Below are positions 1 to 9,965 of a stretch of 64,000 bases of DNA, piece after piece. The stretch covers positions 46,562,001 through 46,626,000 of the forward strand of contig OZ024742.1 of assembly GCA_964016885.1 (NCBI GenBank), read 5' to 3'. Numbering within the stretch: position 1 is the stretch's first letter; the number at the start of each line of letters is the position of its first letter. This stretch comes from Eledone cirrhosa. Its lineage: Eukaryota. Below the pieces are notes generated by a model. That model was not told the DNA's origin and ran no database searches. It was given only the letters and a program-made list of their open reading frames with translations. A program made the position numbers and the translations under genes.

Positions 1-8
1 TATATAAG

Positions 9-69
<61 letters not shown>

Positions 70-193
70 ATACTTGTGTTATAGGGTTCTTCCTAATTGG
101 TAGCTGGGGATGTGATGGTGTGACTCCAATCATCTAAATTATGGTTTAGGAAAAAGCACTCAATGTGATGGGTAGTAGAGGATGGAGTTCAAA

Positions 194-225
<32 letters not shown>

Positions 226-1576
226 ATTCATATATATATTCACATGATTATATATTCATATTATTAATACTGTGTATTTGTAATGAAATATTTAAAGATA
301 AGTTTGATTTCTTGTATTGATGCCCCGCTGGGCGTTCTAGCTTAAAGCTATTATCTGAAGGCAGCATGTTTTAAAACATTTAACCCCTCTGTAAGATATA
401 TTCGTGAAACGAAGGAAATTAAATTAGGATAGTAAATTGTTATGCGTAGAAACTAGTGATCTTATGGTATCTAATCCGGGGGGATAAAGTAGAATCAACA
501 TTTTACTGTTCACTCGCATCATAAATTAATTTGAAATCATGCTGGGAATGCAATACACGAAGACTGAATCGTAAATGCGAAAAATCTAGCCTCTGGTTAT
601 AAACGGGCAATGTAATTTAATAGCAACACTGAAGAGAAGTGATAAAGTGTATTTATCTTTATATTTCCAATCTCCATTGGTTATAACTTCTAAATGATAG
701 TTTCATACTTTAAACAGTTATATGTTAGATAATGCCAGATATTTTCAAAACAAAAGCTGAGTGGGTGTTAGTTGATAAAATCATTCTGGATAGAATAAAC
801 TAACATTCGTATCAGTCGAAAATATGGGATTAGATATTATATTTCAAATTCTATTCACTGATATATTTTCTTTGTTATATACTACAAACATTTTGCATAA
901 CAATTTATCAAATAATTAACCTCTTTAATGTCGTAGGATCCAAAGCATTAATCGAGTTTTGTTCTAAATATTTTATAATATTTATTTACGTCACTTTGGC
1001 CCGCCGTAGTCAACTTCATCTTTTACTCTTTGATGAGTACTAAATTAGTCTTTATGATCTCTTATTCAACTGTACTCCAATCCCAAGGTTTAAAGATTTA
1101 TGTCCATGTAAGAAATGAATATTTAAATTTTAGAGTAATTATACCATAAACAATATTATAAATCTTCTTTTAATAACGCTTCTAATTAGATTTGAAATTA
1201 TTAGATTAATTAACTGTTAATTTTGGTAACGTTTGTTACACAAGGTGAACTTATATTGTCAAATATTTAAGCCTCATATATTACAGTAGTTAGTAATTAA
1301 TTCAGTATATTTAGTAATTAATTATGGTTCAAATTAAGTCATTAAAATTTGCGGAAGCATATTCGATCACCTATTTATGATCAGATGTTTTTCTTAAATT
1401 TGTGAAACTTAGAGTAACACATCTTTAGGTTAAGGTATTAATACACATATTTAAACATGTTGTCTGTGAATCATTTTAGTTTGTGTTTCATCTATATACT
1501 AGTTTTAGTCACAGGATTCTTGTCGTGCTGGGAAACCGTCCTCAAGGACATCAGTATTTATTTATACAATTTCAGC

Positions 1577-1680
<104 letters not shown>

Positions 1681-1766
1681 TATATCATATATTGAGTTAT
1701 AAACTCGAAATAGTCTTTTACAATTAAATGGCTCAAAGAAGGGAATATTTCCGAGCCGTGTAATAC

Positions 1767-2283
1767 AAATAAATATATGAGGGATGAACACCGATACACG
1801 TATACATGTGTTCGAATTGCAACTGACCAAGTTAGCTACGTTGAAAAATACTAATTTAACATAATATGGTTTTCTTGTCTCGATTTAAAATAATATATCA
1901 ATAAAAATAGCCGGCTGCTATTTTTAGCCGCACGAGTATGAGATGAGTTAGGCGCTGTGACACATGTGCGTTCAACAACATATATTTCTCAGTCTTCTTA
2001 AGTATTATGAAGTGAAAGATACGAATGTTCCTGGATACCCCCAGAAGAGCACCGGAATAGCGACTTTCACTTAATAATTGTTGCGAAACAAATTTAGAAT
2101 TTGTCCGGGTATCACGGCCATTGCCAATATAGGTTTGTTATTTTTATTGATTTATAATTTTAAATCGAGACAGGCAAACCATATTATGTTAAATTAGTAT
2201 TTTTCAACCTAGCTAACTTGGTCATTTGCAATTCGAACACATGTATACTTGTATCGGTGTTCATCCCTCTCATATATTCATTT
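1767..2283 (+). mobile_element. Non-autonomous foldback unit with ~140-bp inverted arms enclosing a hammerhead motif (PLE/retrozyme-like)
   Basis: 1767-1909 is the reverse complement of 2139-2283 (e.g. ACATGTGTTCGAATTGCAA / TTGCAATTCGAACACATGT). The spacer holds a hammerhead motif. The right end abuts (TA)n. Confidence 0.75.
2034..2113 (+). ncRNA. Type I hammerhead ribozyme, core-mutated (CAGAAGA instead of CUGANGA)
   Basis: Stem I GATACCC(2034-40)/GGGTATC(2107-13); core CAGAAGA 2042-48; stem II GCA.../...TGC; GAAAC 2085-89; stem III ACAAATT-tag-AATTTGT; cleavage triplet GTC 2103-05. Confidence 0.7.
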
Positions 2284-2302
2284 TATATATATATATATAT
2301 AT

Positions 2303-2812
2303 ATAAATGGAAAAAAATGAAACGAAATTTCATTTCTCACTCTTAGTACGGCTGTTACTTAAATATAAGTATGTATACGTACATACATATATGTATACAG
2401 GCGTAAAGTAGTATGTATATATATACATACATGCACACATATATATATGTACGTATGGATTTACCGAACATTTATTATAATGCTCGGTTTGTTTGTAAAC
2501 AAACATACCGAATTAAGCCGTACAGAGTGTAGCAACCATCGTTGCCCTTTTGTTCAACACTGACAAAGGATTGATGTACTAGTTTCATGCTTATTAGTTA
2601 TCGTCAGCATCGTATACCTTCCTGCCAGATGATTGAACGTCTGAAAGTATATACTTTCCTTATGCATATTAACGGCTGAGCAGCCTAATTTGCATATCGA
2701 GTGAGTTAATCGGCCAGGCGCACCGAAAACGATAAATGGAAAAAATGAAACGAAATTTCATTTCTCACTCTTAGTACGGCTGTTATTTAAATATAAGTAT
2801 GTATACGTACAT
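2303..2812 (-). mobile_element. Non-autonomous unit with ~80-bp terminal direct repeats (period ~429) and a minus-strand minimal hammerhead
   Basis: ATAAATGGAAAAAA(A)TGAAACGAAATTTC...GTATACGTACAT at 2303-2384 and 2732-2812; flanked by (TA)n on both sides. Confidence 0.65.
2572..2612 (-). ncRNA. Minimal Type I hammerhead motif with degenerate stem II
   Basis: Minus strand reads cGATG-CTGACGA-taactaataagcat-GAAAC-TA-GTA-CATCa: 4-bp stem I, palindromic ACTAGT stem III typical of PLE minimal HHRs, weakly paired stem II. Confidence 0.6.
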
Positions 2813-2826
2813 TATATATATATACA

Positions 2827-2876
2827 CTGATGAAAGGTGATACCCAGAAACATTAGTGTCTGCAGTTCAGTTCACA
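2827..2876 (+). ncRNA. Type I hammerhead ribozyme, upstream copy lacking most of the 5' strand of stem I
   Basis: CTGATGA 2827-33, aaGGTgatACCca, GAAAC, ACA-ttag-TGT stem III, GTC 2858-60, then tgcagttcagttcac (3' strand of stem I). Confidence 0.7.
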
Positions 2877-3208
2877 TGTCAACACAAGAGCAAGAATGTA
2901 GGGTTCATTCTACTGACATGGCTATACAATTGAGGCTTGTTTGCATAATTGCAAACGAATCGAATGTTATTATTAATATTCGAAAAACTCAGATTACATT
3001 TATTGTATTCAGCCATGTAGAGCGAACATTTTCTTTTTTATTTGAATTTGGCAAAGCCGGCCATTTATCGCTCGTATACAGGAAACTGACTGGCCATTCT
3101 GCTGATATGCAAATCTGGCTTATCAGTGGATCTGCTAGTATGCAAATCAGGCCGATCAGTCACTGTGTAATTTTGAAAATAGCATATATTTTCACTAGCT
3201 CTGACAGT

Positions 3209-3288
3209 TTGGCAGGTGAACAGTGAGCTGTACTGACGAAGGGTGAAACCCAGAAACATTAGTGTCTGCAGTCCTGTTCACATGCCAA
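3209..3288 (+). ncRNA. Type I hammerhead ribozyme, complete
   Basis: Long stem I TTGGCA-g-GTGAACAG-tga-GCTGTA pairing with TGCAGT-c-CTGTTCAC-a-TGCCAA; CTGACGA 3233-39; stem II GGGT-gaa-ACCC (A.A at 10.1/11.1); GAAAC 3253-57; stem III ACA-ttag-TGT; GTC 3264-66. Confidence 0.9.
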
Positions 3289-3401
3289 CACAAGAGCAAG
3301 AATGAAGTGTTCATTCTACTGACATGGCTATAAAATTGAGGCTTGTTTGCATAATTGCAAACGAATCGAATGTTAATGTTAATATTCGAAAAACTCAGAT
3401 T

Positions 3402-3432
<31 letters not shown>

Positions 3433-3825
3433 GTTAATTATTTAGTTATATATGTATATTTGTCGAACTGTTAACATAAACGACAACACGAGTTAAGTGG
3501 TGTGAACGTAAACACGCGCACACACATAAACACAAACACACAAACACACACATGCGCACGTATATATATTTATTAACAGTACATACAAACATAGCATGTT
3601 TCATAATTGAGGTGTATATATGGAGGCATGCACGATATAGTGCTGAATAATAAACATATTGAGACAAGAATAAGCAATATCTTATATACCCTTTTGTGTA
3701 TAATACATCAAGTGGAGATGATCATTAGCATACAGTGCGAATTTGACCGGATAGAATTTATTAGCAGTAGCAACTGAACCTCTCCAACCACTGTTATATT
3801 TGCACTATATATATATATATATATA

Positions 3826-4117
3826 CAATGATATTAAATAAATGGAAACTATATTTATTAAACCATATTTATTTTATTATATATATTTCAAGGGCACCAA
3901 AACACTTCAACTGATAAGGTATGATTTTCCTGGGTATGTCTCTATTTATAAAAGAAACTTTTTATTTTATCTGAAGAAAGAGTACCAAAGTGTTATCAAA
4001 ACAAACTTTGTATTTTATCTGAAGAAAGCGTACCAAAGTGTTTTGGTGCCCTTGAAATATATATAATAAAATAAATATGGTTTTATAAATATAGTTTCCA
4101 TTTATTTAATATCATTG
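3826..4117. mobile_element. Foldback unit with 82-bp inverted arms and an internal ~40-bp tandem duplication
   Basis: 3826-3907 is the reverse complement of 4036-4117; TATTTTATCTGAAGAAAG(A/C)GTACCAAAGTGTT occurs twice; a diverged homologue lies at 54888-55065 (minus). Confidence 0.75.
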
Positions 4118-4327
4118 AATATTTACCCCAGAAAACTGTCGAGTGCTCTGAATCAGTTATAAACATTAATATTTGTCGGATTTCCAGCAAATTAAATATC
4201 CCTTCTACTTTTATATATATATATCTATATATGTATATAGACAAAAACGAGGAAGTTTCGTTTACATATAAAAAATATTTATTGTGTATCAACCTGCATA
4301 TCAAAATATGTATATATTTATTTGTCA

Positions 4328-4428
4328 CATCACCAGTCTGACGAGCAGATCGATACTGGAGTCGGGTTCATAACTCCTATGGGTTACCTTGAGCCAATCC
4401 TCTGCGAAACGCGCGTAACAGGTCGATG
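4328..4428 (+). ncRNA. Type I hammerhead ribozyme with large branched stem-II insertion
   Basis: CATC-ACCaGT / ACaGGT-c-GATG stem I; CTGACGA 4338-44; stem II GCAGA/TCTGC closing a ~50-nt loop; GAAAC 4406-10; palindromic ACGCGCGT stem III; GTA 4415-17. Confidence 0.88.
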
Positions 4429-4553
4429 CACAATAACATTTTTTTATATGTAAACGAATATTCCTCGTTTTTTTTTTATTATATGCTTGTGTATAGAGTG
4501 CTTGATTTGGTACCAACACCCGTAATTCACTGTACTACCCCCCCCCCCCCACA

Positions 4554-4625
<72 letters not shown>

Positions 4626-4751
4626 GCAAAACGATAGATAGATAAATAAATAGATATAGATGCAAACGAAAATATAGAGACCAATCAACACATACAGTGG
4701 AAGCTGGAGATATTTGAATTAACAGTTTGAATTATTCGCTGATATAGCAAA

Positions 4752-4801
4752 GCATCTGAAGACTCTGTCGTATATATACGAAAGAAAGCCACTAGTAATG
4801 C
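4752..4801 (+). ncRNA. Degenerate minimal hammerhead relic (GAAA changed to GCCA)
   Basis: GCAT-CTGAAGA-cTCTgTCGTA-tata-TACGAaAGAaa-GCCAC-TA-GTA-ATGC: all three stems present, second core box mutated. Confidence 0.5.
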
Positions 4802-5318
4802 ATAAATAATTTAAACTGTAATATATATATATATATATATATACAATGTATATAATGCATACACACACACACACATATATATTCTTAAATTCAGAAACGG
4901 AATGACTAAATAACTTAGTATTTTCTAGTAGGAGATGTAAAAGCTATGTTCCGTAGTGTATTCTACTTATCAAAACAAAATAATATAATTAACTCATTGA
5001 TTGTTTTTTTTCTATACCATTTTAGATTCTCTCTTTGCTGCTTCTTTCGATTCTTTCTCAATCGATTCTTTCTCATGAATTATAAAAGATATATATATAT
5101 AACAAACCAAATATTAAAAACATATAAGAACAAATGTATAAATTATCAAACAAACTGAAGATTTTAAAATAAAAAACATGATAAAAGACAATTCTTTTAA
5201 GCAGATACCCAAAGATATCTAAACGTAAAAATATATAAACTTGAAACTTAAGAGAGCATTAACAATATATTTATTGCCCCTTCAAACTTCCTCTCATGTA
5301 TTGTATCTATATGTGTTA

Positions 5319-5319
<1 letters not shown>

Positions 5320-5352
<33 letters not shown>

Positions 5353-5423
5353 GTGTGTGTTTATCTCTCTCTCTCTCTCTCCCTCTCTCCCTCTCTCATA
5401 CTCTCTCTCTCATTCTTCCTTTT

Positions 5424-5458
<35 letters not shown>

Positions 5459-5528
5459 CTATATATATTTGTATGTATGTATATGAACATAAAATATTAT
5501 ATAAGTATATGTACATATATATACACAA

Positions 5529-5615
<87 letters not shown>

Positions 5616-5694
5616 CATATATATATGTATATATTTACATATATATCTATATATACATACATATATATAATATATATATTATATATGTACATAC

Positions 5695-5760
<66 letters not shown>

Positions 5761-5787
5761 CATACATATATATATATATATATATAT
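5320..5787. repeat. Compound (TA)n/(CT)n/(CTAT)n microsatellite
   Basis: Direct inspection. Confidence 0.95.
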
Positions 5788-6033
5788 GAATTTGAGCGTG
5801 TGTGAGTGTGTCCGTAATTTCGTATGATTCAAAGTTTCAACCAGTTTTCATATCTAACTTCCTGTCTTTACTTTAGATAATCTTTGGCTCTTTACTTTGT
5901 CGACTCTCCGCCACTCTACGCCCCTCTCAATTTCTCACTCTATCTTTCCACATCTTCTTTCTTCTCTCTTTCTATAGTTATATTCTTAGAATATCTTAGA
6001 AAATTTTATTATCAAAATTTTGTAAAAAAAAAA

Positions 6034-6073
<40 letters not shown>

Positions 6074-6379
6074 CAGAAACAATTTTAATAACGAAGGAAA
6101 GATATAACGAAAAGAAAGAAACAAAACATTAACAATAACAAAATCTTTGCATCAAAAACAAGAATATACTTAACAATCTAATAATAACTTTTCACATCAT
6201 TAGCGAATTGTTGAAAGAAAAGATTGATATTTCCATGTAGGTACTCATATTCCTTATATTAATTTCTTTTCAGTCGTTTAAACAAGAGATTCTTCTGTCA
6301 TCTCATTTTCCCATTATCATTACTGTACATTTCTAACCCACATGCACGCACACATAACTCCACACCTAGCTTCTCCCTC

Positions 6380-6467
6380 AACACACACATATATATACTT
6401 ATATATACATATATAGATATAAACTAATCTCTATCTGTATATACACACACACACAAAAACACACACA

Positions 6468-6512
<45 letters not shown>

Positions 6513-6696
6513 GTACACACACACACACACAAACCACAGACTCTCTCTCTCTCACATACACACACGTATATATATACACACTGAAATCTCTCTTTCACGC
6601 TCTGTTCCTCTTACCTTCTCCACAAACACACACATATATATATATACACGCACACACACACACACACACACGCACGCACACGCACGCACGCACACG

Positions 6697-6751
<55 letters not shown>

Positions 6752-6779
6752 ACACCCACACACACACACACACACACAC

Positions 6780-6816
<37 letters not shown>

Positions 6817-7132
6817 CACATACACACTGTAAATCTCTCTTTCACACTCTGTTCCCTTTACCTTCTCTTCTCCGCTATATATTTTCTTATTCAAAATATT
6901 TTCCGGTTATTACCTCCCCTGTTCTATTCTATTCTCATTTCTTTGTCAAAATCATATTTTCTCTATCTTTCTCTCTCATCATTGTTTGAGTTCGTTATGC
7001 TTTCCTACCCTTTTCTTTTTTATGTAAGTATGTATGTATGTATGTATGTATGTATGTATGTATGTATGTATGTATGTATGTATGTATGTATGTATGTATG
7101 TATGTGTGTGTGTATGTATGTATGTAAGTATT

Positions 7133-7171
<39 letters not shown>

Positions 7172-7350
7172 TGTATATATATATATATATATTTCTTTAT
7201 TCACAGCTATACATCCAATTATTAATATATCCATCCATCCATGCATACACACGCATACACACGCATACACACGCATACATACATATATCATATTATATCA
7301 TATTATATATATATATATACACGCACATATATACATACATATATATTTAT

Positions 7351-7395
<45 letters not shown>

Positions 7396-7446
7396 TATAT
7401 ATATATACATATACACATATATATAGATACAACCCCCCTATATAGA

Positions 7447-7537
<91 letters not shown>
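6380..7537. repeat. Compound (CA)n/(TA)n/(TATG)n microsatellite block with a duplicated ~46-bp spacer
   Basis: TACACACTG(T)AAATCTCTCTTTCAC...TACCTTCTC at ~6575-6620 and ~6821-6867. Confidence 0.9.
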
Positions 7538-7540
<3 letters not shown>

Positions 7541-9817
7541 TGTAATGTATCGACCCAGCTTTCCCCGTTTCTCTGTGATTCAAATTATCGCACCCTCATC
7601 AAATATTTCCAACCTACCATATCTACCGAATGCAAATCACGTCTCCCAATCCTATATGGAAGTTCTATCAATAGAGACGCTAATGAATCCTTCATTATTT
7701 ATCAGAAAATTAGGCGCCTGCGAAGCTTCAAACGTAAAGCAATGGCAACTTCTATACCATTCGCTCTACCGCCCTCCTATCATCACAATCAACACCACCT
7801 GACCATTATCCTTACCAACATTACCATCACCACTACCATTACCAACAATTACAAGCACGTCAACGACAACAATATCCGCCACACAATGACAAATAAAGCC
7901 ACATCAGTAATGAAGTAGGACGATGATGATGAGTAAAAGAAATGAAAGCTGAAAGGAAATAAAACAAAGGAAACTTACAATAGCAACCATGATAACAACA
8001 ACAACAACAGCAACGAGAATATAATACGAAACTTCGAAAGAGATTTATTATTTGGGAATAAATTTCTTTATGCTTGTGATTCAATCAACCAATCAATAGA
8101 TTGATCAATAAATCTATCAATCACTTCCTCAATGAATACATTGATCAATCAATCAGTCAGTTAGTCAATCAATTAACCAATCACTCACTCAATTAATCGA
8201 TTGATCGATGAATAAATCAATCAGCCTCGCAATCAGACGATTAATCAGTTAACACCTGTGAATTATATTAAGTATTAGTGTAGAGTTATTACACCTGGAA
8301 TGTTATTGTTGTTGCTATTGTTCTGTATTGTGACAAACATTTATACAAAGCCGAGGAAACCCTCCAGTAAGTTTATAACCATTGGCTGTCCCATTATTTC
8401 CACTATTCGAAGGCAACATACCCGTTTATTGCGAATAACACCTCCAGAAGGCTTTGGGTTTATTTCCCAACATTACAGTAAACTAATGCTCCTAGAATAA
8501 AGTTGATTATAACACACGGTAGTCTCTCATGAAATTAAACCTCTAAATAATTGAATAATGATCGGATATCATATCTCAGCAATTATACTTCTACACCTTG
8601 AGTATTGTAGAAAGTTATTTCAGTGGCTTTTAACTGGGTCTCTTTTGAGCAGCATATTTATAAATTTGCCTGTGGCACATTGAGGCGGCTCATTGGATTC
8701 ATCTCGCCCAAGGTTACATTTGGAGGGTGATGGGTTGGTACAATTAAAACAAATTTAGACTAGTTGCCTTGCTTTATTGTTCCGATTCGTAGCATTCTGA
8801 GTTCAAACCTCACTGGCTGATCACATCTAGATTATCTTTCGTTATAGGTATGCTTAATCTGAGGTAAACCGGGGCTTAGAAAACAAGAACAGCAAGTTCA
8901 GATATTTTATATCCAGTTCTTTGATTTGCTTCTACGCGACAACATTTTCTCACTCATTGATTTTTATTTATATTTGTGTCACCAGAGTTGATAAAATAAG
9001 TACCAGCAATACTATACTATTAGATTGATTTCTAAATAGTCTTAACGAAAACAAAATAATAATTAAATAGAAATAACTCGATACACAATGGAAAGGAAAA
9101 GAGATCACATAGTTTTTGTATGAAGAAAGTAAAATAAGTAGCAAATATACTGTACAGCAAATATTCTGTAACCCATAAATCACTTCTGTTGTTTATCACA
9201 GGTCAATGTTAAATACTCCCGGCTAGGCATTGTTCTGTCCCCTGTTTAGTGGATTGCAACAACAAATAGATTTGTTTGTCCATGAACACAACGCGGCGCT
9301 GTTCACAAAATAGGAAATGCTGACGCCATGCCTAATAGGCAGTAACCTATAACTCCGGCCATTCAAAGCTCAGCCAATAGCAAACAAAGTACTAATTAGC
9401 ATTATACAGTTAAAGAAAAAACATAATTTACAAGGATATAAATACATGACATCAAACGCATAGAAGAAAATAAAGCCCAGCAAGCTTTTCTATCTCATAC
9501 AACCATCGATGTTTTATCTGTAATTCTACTTGTATTTTTTTTTTTTAAAGCAGTTTTACTAAATAGAAATAAATGAATTTCAACAGACAGAAATCCGACA
9601 TCAAAAGCAAGCATTATTGAAAGTACTAAAAGTTGGAAACAAAACATCAACTAGAAACAACAATTCTGATTAAATTAATACTAAGACACTTAAAAAGTCA
9701 ATAGAGAATAATACAAACAACATTTTCTGAATAGAATTGTTGAATAACAACAGATATACCCGCACAATCAATGCACACGTGGACGCATATACATTCATAT
9801 TATTCAGATACACACGC

Positions 9818-9897
<80 letters not shown>

Positions 9898-9924
9898 TTA
9901 TATATGTGTATATACATATATATA

Positions 9925-9965
<41 letters not shown>

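Larger units (their letters stand above)
2826..3404 (+). mobile_element. Retrozyme-like / PLE pLTR tandem unit: 173-bp direct repeats, 406-bp period, hammerhead core in each repeat
   Basis: 2826-2998 and 3232-3404 are near-identical direct repeats, each starting at CTGA(T/C)GA; flanked by (TA)n and (CA)n; no coding capacity recognised. Confidence 0.85.
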
